Source of the DNA: Candidatus Levyibacteriota bacterium
GTDB taxonomy: Bacteria > Patescibacteriota > Microgenomatia > Levybacterales > UBA12049
DNA: 64,000 nt
NCBI GenBank assembly: GCA_003173895.1
Contig: PJMG01000022.1
Location: forward strand, 3,454-67,453
Direction of reading: 5' to 3'
Both the position numbers and the translations under genes were made by a program. The notes beneath the pieces are model-generated. The model saw only the letters and a list, made by a program, of their open reading frames with translations. It was not told the origin of the DNA and ran no database searches. Positions 39,796-48,486 of this stretch are shown piece by piece; positions within the stretch are counted from its first letter, which is position 1; every line of letters begins with the position of its first letter.

Positions 39796-40122
39796 ATCCT
39801 TTGGGAAGAAGGTTCATCGGGACGTTAATTTATGTAAATGAATTTTTCGTTCAGGAAAGTCCAGACAGGTGTAAAGTTGGGATTAGAGTTCAAGCTCTAA
39901 CACGTAAGTGCTGGTGTTTAAAAATTTATGCCGCTAAACGATTTTTAAAACAGATTTTGGATTTACAAAATTTGAGAGCAACAGAGACGAGCGGATATGA
40001 AACGGGCAATCCCGCCTGCTGCAACTCACGAATAGTCGTAAACGTACTTTACCTAGACTAAAGATGAGGCATAGATAAATGATGATTAAAACAGAATCTG
40101 GCTTATTCTTTTCCCAAAGGAT
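39796..40122 (+). ncRNA. rnpB: RNase P RNA (bacterial-type)
   Basis: CR-I GGAAAGTCC sits at 39854-39862. CR-V ACAGAATCTGGCTTAT sits at 40091-40106. P4 forms between AAG(U)CCAGA and TCTGGCTT with the bulged U. P1 is 12 bp (39796-39807 pairing 40111-40122). A U7 tract follows. The region is GC-rich for this AT-rich genome and lies between convergent genes. Confidence 0.75.
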
Positions 40123-41134
40123 TTTTTTCTAGGAAAAATACTATTAATACACGCAAAATAGCTGTAATTGGTACTGCTAAAATCAAACCTAAAATACCTG
40201 CTAAACGTCCTCCTGCTATAACCGCAAAAAATATTAATAAAGGATTAAGTTTAGTGATTTTAGCCATCACATGAGGAATCACTAGATAATCTTCTAGCTG
40301 TCTTAAGAGGAGATAAATTAGGACTATAATTATCGATGCATCTAAAGGATTAAGTCCAAAATTATTATTACCTGTCAAAAGCATAATGATAACTGCTACT
40401 GCGCCTGCTGTGATAGGACCTACTACAGGAATTATCTCTGCAAAACCCGAAAATATAGCTATCATAAGTGCAAATTTTTCGCCAACTATTAAAAGAGCTA
40501 TATATAAAATTAGAGATACTAAAAATATTAAAAGTATTTCTCCTCTCAAATAATCTACTAAAACCAAATTTATTTTTGTAATTAAATTTTCTATATCAGA
40601 TCTTATATTTTTAGAAAAAAGAGTTAATAATTTTCTAACATTATCTTCTCCATCTTTTAAGAAATAGAAACCAGCAAAAATAAAAATGATAAAGTCGACT
40701 ACACCTGATATTGCTCGGGAAAAAGCGATACTTTTATAAGGAGCTTGAAAAAAAGCTAAAAAACGTGAATGTGAGAAGCTACTTATCAGGTCTGTCACAA
40801 TAGGTTTTATAAACGCTGGTAGGTGAGCTGTCTCTATTTTAGCGATTTTTAAATTACTTTGAATTATAGAATTAAAATCAAGTGATTCTATAGATAATTG
40901 CCTTGCTACAATAATACCTATAGCAGTAACTAAAATTACTATTAAAAAGTAGAGAGAAAATATAGTAATACTTTTAGGAAGTTTAAATTTAGAATAAAAA
41001 AAACTAACTATAGGATTAAAAATATAGGCAAAAATTCCTGCCACTATAAATGGAATTAAAATGCTTCTTATAGAATATAAAAACCAGAGAAAAATGATAC
41101 CAAGCACTATTAAAGCTATATTTTTTATTCTCAT
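40103..41134 (-). CDS. AI-2E family transporter (PerM/UPF0118 permease)
   Basis: 343 aa with about 8 TM segments and an AI-2E-type topology. The last ~6 codons overlap the rnpB 3' end on the opposite strand. Confidence 0.7.
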   Translation of the reverse strand: MRIKNIALIVLGIIFLWFLYSIRSILIPFIVAGIFAYIFNPIVSFFYSKFKLPKSITIFSLYFLIVILVTAIGIIVARQLSIESLDFNSIIQSNLKIAKIETAHLPAFIKPIVTDLISSFSHSRFLAFFQAPYKSIAFSRAISGVVDFIIFIFAGFYFLKDGEDNVRKLLTLFSKNIRSDIENLITKINLVLVDYLRGEILLIFLVSLILYIALLIVGEKFALMIAIFSGFAEIIPVVGPITAGAVAVIIMLLTGNNNFGLNPLDASIIIVLIYLLLRQLEDYLVIPHVMAKITKLNPLLIFFAVIAGGRLAGILGLILAVPITAILRVLIVFFLEKNPLGKE

Positions 41135-41149
41135 ACTAAAGATAGGATA

Positions 41150-41932
41150 TCATGAACTAGCGCTAGAGTAAAATCTTAAAGCTCTTTTCCAAAAAAACAA
41201 TGATAAGGATAAAAATATTGCAGCTATTAAAAATGAAATAATTATTATAGTAAATGGAGCAATACCTAAAAGCACTTTAGCAGGTACTGTCATCATAATT
41301 CCAACCGGAATAATAAAAGTAATAAGTCCTCTTAAGGGTTCTTTATAAATATCTACAGGTATTCTACCCATTTGTGTAGTATCGCGATATAACATAATTG
41401 CATTATCAATTTCTGTAGTTACTATTCCGAGAGCTAGAACAGCTATATGAAATGAAGCAGCAATAAGTAACGCGTTAAAAATAAAAATTATATAAAGAAA
41501 AATATTAAAATAAGATACAGTAAATGCTTTATTAATAAAAATTATTATAAAAATAATTGTACCCACTATCATAGGAATATCTAAAGGATCTGTCTCACCA
41601 AAAAGTCCTCTAAAAAGTGCTGGAAAAGGAGAAATTAGAAAATAGTCAAAATCACCTGTCACTATATATTGACGAAATCTATATACTGCGCGCATAAAAA
41701 ATTGAGGTAATGTATCGATAAGTTGAAATGTTAAAAAAAATAAGATTAATTGGTTCAGACTATACCCACCAATCTTAGAAACTCTGCTACCAATTATAAT
41801 TAAGAAAAAGAAGAAAAATAGAAATCTAATTATCTTACCAAAGATTAAAATAAATGCACCAAAGCGTGATGAGAAATTATTTTGAGCAGAAGCAATGGTT
41901 AATATCCACCAAATTTTTAAATATTTTTTCAT
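41150..41932 (-). CDS. ABC-2-type transporter permease
   Basis: Polytopic membrane protein, third gene of the ABC operon. Start is most likely MKKYLKIWW. Confidence 0.65.
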   Translation of the reverse strand: MKKYLKIWWILTIASAQNNFSSRFGAFILIFGKIIRFLFFFFFLIIIGSRVSKIGGYSLNQLILFFLTFQLIDTLPQFFMRAVYRFRQYIVTGDFDYFLISPFPALFRGLFGETDPLDIPMIVGTIIFIIIFINKAFTVSYFNIFLYIIFIFNALLIAASFHIAVLALGIVTTEIDNAIMLYRDTTQMGRIPVDIYKEPLRGLITFIIPVGIMMTVPAKVLLGIAPFTIIIISFLIAAIFLSLSLFFWKRALRFYSSASS

Positions 41933-41936
41933 ACAT

Positions 41937-42734
41937 TCATCTCCCTTGTGCACTATATTTCCTAAGTCCTATTTCCCATAAAAAATTAGTGAATTTTATA
42001 AGTAGAAAAATCCAAATTACTGATATTAAAAAACCAACTAATATACCCTGCCAATTTTCATTACCTAAATAAATTTTCATCGGAAAGTATAAAAGATATG
42101 GAAAAGGTAGTGATGAAAAAATTAAGAATAAAGGTTTAGGTAAAATATCTAAAGGGAAGAGACTACCGGCAAAAAATTGAATAATTATAAAAAAAATAAA
42201 TCTTAAAGGCCAAACTTCATCTACCCAAAATGCCAGTAAACTAACTAACACATTTAAAAAAAATAAAATTGTTATAGATATTAATAAAGCTATAACAAAT
42301 AAAACAACATAAATTATATTGGGTTGTAAATAAAAATCTGGTTTAAGAAGTATAAAAATTAAAAAGAATTCTATTAAAGCAAAGGACATATTCATAGCTT
42401 TATCACCTAAATCTCTAAAAAACCAATATGTAAAATAATTCATGGGTTTTATTAAATAATTTGACAAATCCCCTGTATTAATTTCATCACCAATTGTGGC
42501 ACTTCTGGAAGAAAGAACTAAATTACCGATAAAAGCCGTACCTAAAATATAGGTAATCATTTGTGCTTTAGTATATCCAAAAATAAATGATCCATTTCCT
42601 AAAAGTGCTAACCATAAAAAATAAGTTATAAGAAGACTAATCACTGTTCTTATTCGCCAAATAGAAAAATTAAGTCTATAAACAAAGGTTTCATCCCACG
42701 TGTTTTTAGCAGCTAAAAAATATTGTTTAATCAT
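41937..42734 (-). CDS. ABC-2-type transporter permease
   Basis: 265 aa, 6 predicted TM segments. Its start overlaps the stop of the ATPase gene (ATGA). Confidence 0.65.
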   Translation of the reverse strand: MIKQYFLAAKNTWDETFVYRLNFSIWRIRTVISLLITYFLWLALLGNGSFIFGYTKAQMITYILGTAFIGNLVLSSRSATIGDEINTGDLSNYLIKPMNYFTYWFFRDLGDKAMNMSFALIEFFLIFILLKPDFYLQPNIIYVVLFVIALLISITILFFLNVLVSLLAFWVDEVWPLRFIFFIIIQFFAGSLFPLDILPKPLFLIFSSLPFPYLLYFPMKIYLGNENWQGILVGFLISVIWIFLLIKFTNFLWEIGLRKYSAQGR

Positions 42735-43711
42735 TATTTACCTTCAAAAATATCGCGTATTACATCTTCTATATCTTGATCTTCTATAGTTATATCTTCT
42801 ATGGGTAACTTTTCCATAATTTTAGCTACTGTTTTATTTACATGCTCTTTTTTTACTTCTAAAATTAAACTAGGAAATTCATATTTTTTAATTTCTCCTA
42901 AATCTTTAAGATGAGAAGGATCAACTATATTAGAAAGTGTTAAATAAATATTTTTAGTACCAGAATATTGTTTAATTAAATTTGATAAAAATCCATCAAA
43001 TAAAATTTTACCTTTATTTATAACTATCACTCTTTTACATAAAGTTTCTACATCCTTCATGTAATGACTAGTTAAAAGTATCGTAGCTTTAGATTTTTGA
43101 TTATATTCTTTTATAAAATCTCTTAAACTTTTTTGAGCAATAACATCTAAGCCAATTGTAGGTTCATCTAAAAATAAAACTTTAGGCGAATGAATAAGTG
43201 CAGCTATTAATTCCATTTTCATTCGTTGTCCCAGAGATAATTTCTTAACTTGAATCTCTATCAAATTCTCTGCATCTAAAAGTTTGGTTAGTTCTTTCAA
43301 ATTTTCTTTAAAATCTGAATCACTTATTCCATAAATTTCTTTATTTAATAAAAATGTTTCCATTGCTGGTAAATCCCACCAAAGTTGATTTTTTTGACCC
43401 ATTACTAATGCAATTTTAGATAGATATTCATATTTTCTATCAAATGGTTTATAACCTAAAACGGAAATTTGACCACTTGTGGGATAGAGTAGTCCTGATA
43501 GCATTTTAAGAGTAGTTGTTTTTCCTGCTCCATTTGGTCCTATAAATCCTATTAGTTCTCCTTCATCTATTTTAAATGAAATATCTTCTACTGCTTTTAT
43601 TTCTTCATAGCGTCTTGCAAATAATGACTTCATTGAACCCAAAAAACCTGGTTCCTTTTTATACACTTCATAGCTTTTAGAAAGATTATTAACAGAAATT
43701 ATCATATTCAA
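42734..43711 (-). CDS. ABC transporter ATP-binding protein
   Basis: Walker A GPNGAGKTT, signature LSLGQRMKM, Walker B VLFLDEPTIGLD. Confidence 0.9.
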   Translation of the reverse strand: MNMIISVNNLSKSYEVYKKEPGFLGSMKSLFARRYEEIKAVEDISFKIDEGELIGFIGPNGAGKTTTLKMLSGLLYPTSGQISVLGYKPFDRKYEYLSKIALVMGQKNQLWWDLPAMETFLLNKEIYGISDSDFKENLKELTKLLDAENLIEIQVKKLSLGQRMKMELIAALIHSPKVLFLDEPTIGLDVIAQKSLRDFIKEYNQKSKATILLTSHYMKDVETLCKRVIVINKGKILFDGFLSNLIKQYSGTKNIYLTLSNIVDPSHLKDLGEIKKYEFPSLILEVKKEHVNKTVAKIMEKLPIEDITIEDQDIEDVIRDIFEGK

Positions 43712-43824
43712 TAATTATATACTTATGGTATTTAAAATATAAATTGCATTTTCAGATTTGTTGAGTATAGCAAAAGAGACCTTTCATAAAAAATAAAAGA
43801 TCTCTCTGCCTTTTAAAGCTGAAT

Positions 43825-44106
43825 TTATTTAACAGCTTTCTTAAGAGTTTTTCCTGCTGTGAACCCTGGAGCTTTTCTAGCTGGAATAGTGATTTTTGCT
43901 CCTGTCTTAGGATTTCTTCCAGTTCTAGATGCTCTTTTTCTAAGTGAAAAAGTTCCAAATCCAGTGATTACAACTTTTTCGCCTTTTTTAAGACTGTCTC
44001 TTACTGCCATAATAAAAGCATCTACTGATTCACGAGCTGCTTTGTTAGTAAGACTAGCTTTTTTAGCGATTAACTCGATTAGATCTTTTTTTGTCATTTT
44101 TTTCAC
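43825..44106 (-). CDS. hup: HU-family DNA-binding protein
   Basis: 93 aa, MTKKDLIELIAKKASLT..., GFGTFSLRKRASRTGRNPKTG, and the arm motif. Confidence 0.9.
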   Translation of the reverse strand: MKKMTKKDLIELIAKKASLTNKAARESVDAFIMAVRDSLKKGEKVVITGFGTFSLRKRASRTGRNPKTGAKITIPARKAPGFTAGKTLKKAVK

Positions 44107-44280
44107 CTCCTATTCTTTATTTAGATTAAATCTACAGCCTTTTTTACACTTCGTCAATGTAACATATGCGATCAGATTGGTAAATCAATGTATCAGAAAA
44201 GATAAAGCTCATTGTATTTATTGTTTATAACAATGAATATAATTTGTGAATGTAAGATTTAGAATTAGAAATTTGAAGTT

Positions 44281-45522
44281 TTATTCTTCTAATCCTCCAC
44301 CTGCGCTTACTCTAAAGTCACGAATTACTGTAACTCGAGGTTCACCGGGAATAGGTAATTTAGATATTTCTTCTCTTATCTGAGAAGCTAAAAGAATACA
44401 TTCATCATCTCCGACTTTTTCAGGAATAACTACTACTCTTATTTCTCTCCCCGCTTCAAACGCATAAGCATCTGAAACTCCCTCATGTTTTTTAGCTATA
44501 TCCTCCATCTCTTTAATTCTAGTAGCGTATTCCTCAATATCTGTATATCTAGCACCTGGTCTAGCTGCAGAAACAGCATCACCTACGTGAACTAAAATAG
44601 ATTCTATAGATGAAAATGGCTTATCTTCATGATGCTCAGCTACACAGTTGATAACAGCGTCTGGAAAGTTATATCTTTTTAAGAGTTCTACTCCTAATTT
44701 AACATGACTTCCTTCACCTTCTACCACTTTTCCTATGTCATGAAAAAGTGCGCCCAAACGGATTACATTAGTATCTGCTCCTATTTCCTCAGACAAAGCT
44801 ACTGCGATTTTAGTCACTTCCAGAGAATGTAAGATTAAACTTTGTCCATAAGAAGTTCTAAATTTGAAGCGGCCTAAAATTTTAAGTAGATCTACAGGAA
44901 TGTTGTAAACTCCAGCTTCGTGAGCTAATTTTTGTCCTTCATCCATCATGATTTTCTCGACCTCTGCTTTAGTTTGAGTTACTATTTCTTCTATTCTGAC
45001 TGGTTGAATTCTAGTATCTTTAATTAATTTTTCCAGTGCACGTCTAGCAATTTCACGTCTCACTTGATCAAAAGATGAAAGTCGAATTATTCCTTCTTCA
45101 TCCATCATCACATCTACACCTGTAGCTGTCTCAAAAGCTCGAATGTTGCGCCCACCTTGACCAATAATTCTTCCTTTAATTTCTTCAGAATCTATATGAA
45201 TTACTGAAACTGTATATTCTGCTACGAAATTTACTGCTCCATGCTTTAAACTATCTGCTAAAATTTCACGAATTTTTACATCAGATGTTCTTTTAGCTTC
45301 TTCTTCACTATCGCGAATTATTTTAGCTACAGTCGCTGCTTGATTTTTTTCCACTTCTGAAAGTAGTTCTCGCTTTGCTTGATCTAGAGTTAATTTGGAG
45401 ACATTTTCTAATTTTTCTCTATATTTTTCCTTTTCTTTTTCTAAAGATTCTTTTTCTTCTTCTAATTTTTCTTCTTTTTTAAGAAGTTTTTTTTCTAAAT
45501 CTAATAAATCATCTTTTACCAT
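44281..45522 (-). CDS. rny: Ribonuclease Y (KH + HD domains), lacking the usual N-terminal membrane anchor
   Basis: Coiled-coil N-terminus, KH motif (GRIIGQGGRNIRAFE), HD motif (LHSLEV...LFHDIGK). 413 aa. The N-terminus has no hydrophobic segment. Confidence 0.85.
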   Translation of the reverse strand: MVKDDLLDLEKKLLKKEEKLEEEKESLEKEKEKYREKLENVSKLTLDQAKRELLSEVEKNQAATVAKIIRDSEEEAKRTSDVKIREILADSLKHGAVNFVAEYTVSVIHIDSEEIKGRIIGQGGRNIRAFETATGVDVMMDEEGIIRLSSFDQVRREIARRALEKLIKDTRIQPVRIEEIVTQTKAEVEKIMMDEGQKLAHEAGVYNIPVDLLKILGRFKFRTSYGQSLILHSLEVTKIAVALSEEIGADTNVIRLGALFHDIGKVVEGEGSHVKLGVELLKRYNFPDAVINCVAEHHEDKPFSSIESILVHVGDAVSAARPGARYTDIEEYATRIKEMEDIAKKHEGVSDAYAFEAGREIRVVVIPEKVGDDECILLASQIREEISKLPIPGEPRVTVIRDFRVSAGGGLEE

Positions 45523-45616
45523 ATATTAAGTTGTCATCCTGAGGCATCCACTATTTTAGTGGGTTATTTGAAGATCCTTATGGGATTTCTCATAAACTCT
45601 AAATGACATAATGTAA

Positions 45617-46147
45617 TTATACATTTTTCTTTAAAACTTCGTCAATTACTGATCTAATTATATCCATATCAAAACCCCGTCTGGCCAAAAAACCTCCGAT
45701 TCGTTGATATATTTTCTCTTTAGATAAATCTTTAATAGTTCTAATTTTTTTCTGAGCCAAATCAAGGGCAAGTTGTTTCTCATTTCTTTCTAGCTTATAT
45801 TCTTCATTTTCATTCTTAATTTTAAATTCTAAATTCTTAATTATATTTTTATTAATTCCCTTTTGCCTTAATTCAAATTCTATCGCTCTCCAACCTTTAG
45901 GCCTTACTCTAGTTCTTTGTTCTATCCACCCTTTAGCAAATTCCACGTCATTCACAAATTTTTGACTTTTAAGCTTATTTAAAACATTTTCTTGAATTGG
46001 CTTAAAAAAATTTCTTGATTCATCATCAAGTTTTTTTTTCTTACTTAACAAAAGAAATCTTTTTTCTAAAAAGTCTCTAACTTCTTTTTCAGAACGAGGT
46101 CGTTTTCCGAGGTATCGAAGCGCAGCAGCATATAATCTTTTATCCAT
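45617..46147 (-). CDS. recX: Regulatory protein RecX
   Basis: 176 aa, helical repeats (YAAALRYLGKRPRSEKEVRDFL). Immediately downstream of recA. Confidence 0.75.
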   Translation of the reverse strand: MDKRLYAAALRYLGKRPRSEKEVRDFLEKRFLLLSKKKKLDDESRNFFKPIQENVLNKLKSQKFVNDVEFAKGWIEQRTRVRPKGWRAIEFELRQKGINKNIIKNLEFKIKNENEEYKLERNEKQLALDLAQKKIRTIKDLSKEKIYQRIGGFLARRGFDMDIIRSVIDEVLKKNV

Positions 46148-46156
46148 TAATATATT

Positions 46157-47251
46157 TTACACCAGTGCTTCTTCTGCTTCTATTTCTTCTTCGTCTTCAG
46201 TTCCTACATTCATTGGTACTCTAGTTTTACTATTTTCCATTATCTGCTTAACAATTTTATTTTGTAAATCTTTATTTTCCTTAAGTGAAGAAATAGCTGC
46301 AGCACGTCCTTGACCTAACATTTCTCCTTCATACCTTAAAAATGCTCCTGACTTTTGGATAATTCCTAACTCTATTCCTACATCTAAAATTCCTCCTTCA
46401 CGAGATACTCCATCTAGATAAACTTCAAATTCTGCAGTTCTAAATGGAACCGCTACTTTATTTTTTACGATTTTTACTCTATGGCGACTTCCAATGGGTT
46501 TATCGCCGTTTTTAATAGTTTCAATTTTTCTTACATCCGCACGAATACTGGCATAAAATTTAAGAGCCAGTCCTCCTGTAGTAGTTTCAGGATTACCAAA
46601 CATTACGCCGATTTTTTGTCTAAGTTGATTAGTAAAAACTAAAACAGTTTTTGACTTAGAAACTACTGCTGTTAATTTACGAAGAGCTTGTGACATTAGC
46701 CTAGCTTGAAGCCCCATTACTGAGTCACCCATTTCCCCCTCTATTTCTGCTCGTGGAACCAGTGCGGCGACTGAATCAACGACTAAGATATCTATTCCTC
46801 CACTTCTTACCAGGCTCTCGACTATCTCAAGAGCCTGTTCTCCTGTATCAGGTTGAGAAATTAAAAGCTCATCGAGCTTAATTCCGATGGTTTGTGCCCA
46901 CATGGGATCCAATGCATGTTCCGCATCTACGAATGCGGCCACCCCACCATGTTTTTGGGCTTGAGCTATAAGTGATAAACAAATCGTAGTTTTCCCTGAT
47001 GCTTCAGGTCCATAAATTTCTATTATTCTGCCTCTTGGCATTCCACCCACTCCTAAAGCGATATCCAGAGGTAAAATTCCGGTAGAGATAACTGAAATAT
47101 CTAATTTCTGTGCTGCTTCACCAAAACGCATTATGGAACCTTTACCATATTGTTTCTCGATGGCTTCCATTGCCATTTTTACTGCTTCTAATTTTTGTGC
47201 TGCGTCACTGTCTACTGGAGGCGTTTGTTTTTGTGTAGAATTTTTTGGCAT
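46157..47251 (-). CDS. recA: Recombinase RecA
   Basis: GPEASGKTT Walker A. Near-canonical RecA over 364 aa with an acidic C-terminus. Confidence 0.97.
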   Translation of the reverse strand: MPKNSTQKQTPPVDSDAAQKLEAVKMAMEAIEKQYGKGSIMRFGEAAQKLDISVISTGILPLDIALGVGGMPRGRIIEIYGPEASGKTTICLSLIAQAQKHGGVAAFVDAEHALDPMWAQTIGIKLDELLISQPDTGEQALEIVESLVRSGGIDILVVDSVAALVPRAEIEGEMGDSVMGLQARLMSQALRKLTAVVSKSKTVLVFTNQLRQKIGVMFGNPETTTGGLALKFYASIRADVRKIETIKNGDKPIGSRHRVKIVKNKVAVPFRTAEFEVYLDGVSREGGILDVGIELGIIQKSGAFLRYEGEMLGQGRAAAISSLKENKDLQNKIVKQIMENSKTRVPMNVGTEDEEEIEAEEALV

Positions 47252-47300
47252 ATGTAAAATTTATTGTAACAACTTAGACGTAAAAAACAACTAGATCTTT

Positions 47301-47365
47301 CTGTATTAGAACATTACTTTATATATTTTTTATAGTAAAATTACAGTGATCCTGTTAGAATACAG
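47301..47365. promoter_or_regulatory. Imperfect inverted repeat (CTGTATTAGAACA ... TGTTAGAATACAG) in the recA upstream region. Candidate operator.
   Basis: Arms at 47301-47313 and 47353-47365 match in 11 of 13 positions, 50-115 nt upstream of the recA ATG. They contain CTGT/ACAG and GAAC elements reminiscent of SOS boxes. Confidence 0.3.
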
Positions 47366-47373
47366 TTAATTCA

Positions 47374-47444
47374 CGGGGATTAGTTTAACGGTAGAATAGG
47401 CGCATGGGGTGCGTCTGGCTGGGGTTCAATTCCCCGATCCCCGA
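47374..47444 (+). tRNA. tRNA-Pro (anticodon GGG)
   Basis: Acceptor CGGGGAT/ATCCCCG is a perfect 7 bp. The D loop has a GG. Anticodon arm is GGCGC-ATGGGGT-GCGTC (U33, GGG, G37). T arm is TGGGG-TTCAATT-CCCCG. Discriminator A. CCA is not encoded. Confidence 0.7.
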
Positions 47445-47488
47445 CAAAAATTTGTAATGTTTTCTTTACATGATAAAATTTATTTAGT

Positions 47489-47656
47489 ATGAAAAATACT
47501 ATCATAAAATACTGTGCTAAATGCCAAAAGGAAAAGCAATTGTATTCTATACTAATAGTGGATAAAACAAAAATAGATAAATATAGAATATTTGAAGGTA
47601 TTGATGAATATGATCATCTTATAACATTTAATCAAAGAGTTAACTCTAGTTTATGA
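47489..47656 (+). CDS. Possible small protein (55 aa, one CxxC) translationally coupled to the next gene
   Basis: ORF MKNTIIKYCAKCQKEKQLYSILIVDKTKIDKYRIFEGIDEYDHLITFNQRVNSSL is absent from the ORF track. Its TGA stop overlaps the ATG of the 47653 gene as ATGA. Confidence 0.3.
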   Translation: MKNTIIKYCAKCQKEKQLYSILIVDKTKIDKYRIFEGIDEYDHLITFNQRVNSSL

Positions 47657-48006
47657 CTACTACTCAAAAAATAATCACATCTACTTTTTTAATTGGATAT
47701 ATTATTTTTTGCATAATTATATTTTTACTCTATGAAATATCTCCTCATATACGTCCCTCATCTATAATGACTGTCGCTCAATTAGGGAAACGCTTACAAG
47801 CTAAATATCCACAGTATAAAAATGAAAATCCTCAACAATTAGGAGAAATTATTATAAAAGAATATCCTCAGTACCAAAAATTAGTTGATACACCAAATGT
47901 ATTTTATATTTCTTTTTATGAATCTTTTAAGATATGGATTGTTGGAACGATTTCCTTTATATTAACCTTTTCATTCCTTTATAAGATTTGGGGTAAAAAT
48001 AAATAA
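47653..48006 (+). CDS. Hypothetical membrane protein
   Basis: 117 aa with two hydrophobic segments flanking a repeated KYPQYKNENPQQ / KEYPQYQK motif. Confidence 0.5.
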   Translation: MTTTQKIITSTFLIGYIIFCIIIFLLYEISPHIRPSSIMTVAQLGKRLQAKYPQYKNENPQQLGEIIIKEYPQYQKLVDTPNVFYISFYESFKIWIVGTISFILTFSFLYKIWGKNK

Positions 48007-48030
48007 CAAATATAGAGATAATTCATAAAA

Positions 48031-48483
48031 ATGTCAACAATTCAATTTACTAAATCAGGTTTTGAAAAATTAAAAAAGGACTTTGAGGATTTAGAAAAAT
48101 CACGACCAGCAGCAGTTTTAGATCTTAAAAAAGCTCGCGAAATGGGAGATTTATCAGAAAATGGATATTATAAAGCAGCCAAATTTAAATTATCTTCAAT
48201 AGATCATCAACTTAGTGTTTTAAAACATCAAATAAAATCCGCAGTTATTATTGAAAATAAAAATAATCAAACTATAAATATCGGCTCACTAGTTACTTTA
48301 GAAGGAAGTGGTGAAAAAATAACTTATCAAATAGTTGGAGATCTCGAAGCAAATCCTAGTGAAAATAAAATTTCTTCACACTCTCCAATTGGTAAAGCAA
48401 TTTTTAATAAAAAGGCAGGCGATGAAGTGGAAATTAATTTACCAAAAGGAATAGTAAAATATAAAGTAGTTAAAATCAACTAA
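48031..48483 (+). CDS. greA: Transcription elongation factor GreA
   Basis: 150 aa. The N-terminal coiled coil carries the conserved acidic tip (MGDLSENGYYKAAK). C-terminal FKBP-like domain. Confidence 0.9.
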   Translation: MSTIQFTKSGFEKLKKDFEDLEKSRPAAVLDLKKAREMGDLSENGYYKAAKFKLSSIDHQLSVLKHQIKSAVIIENKNNQTINIGSLVTLEGSGEKITYQIVGDLEANPSENKISSHSPIGKAIFNKKAGDEVEINLPKGIVKYKVVKIN

Positions 48484-48486
48484 TTA

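Noticed and set aside
39801-40061. 86-aa plus-strand ORF in the ORF track
   Set aside because: It lies entirely within the RNase P RNA gene (CR-I, CR-V, P1 and P4 are all identifiable). The peptide has no protein-like features.
39760-40140. Alternative ncRNA identities for the GC-rich intergenic region (SRP 4.5S RNA, 6S RNA, tmRNA)
   Set aside because: None of these fit. It lacks the tmRNA tRNA-like ends (TTCGA.TCC, CCA). It lacks the SRP domain-IV GGAA-tetraloop motif. The RNase P CR-I/CR-V/P4/P1 matches are specific.
43752-44230. Two ORFs (43752..43958 minus, 43859..44230 plus) overlapping hup
   Set aside because: The HU reading frame is unambiguous by homology. The others are alternative or antisense frames.
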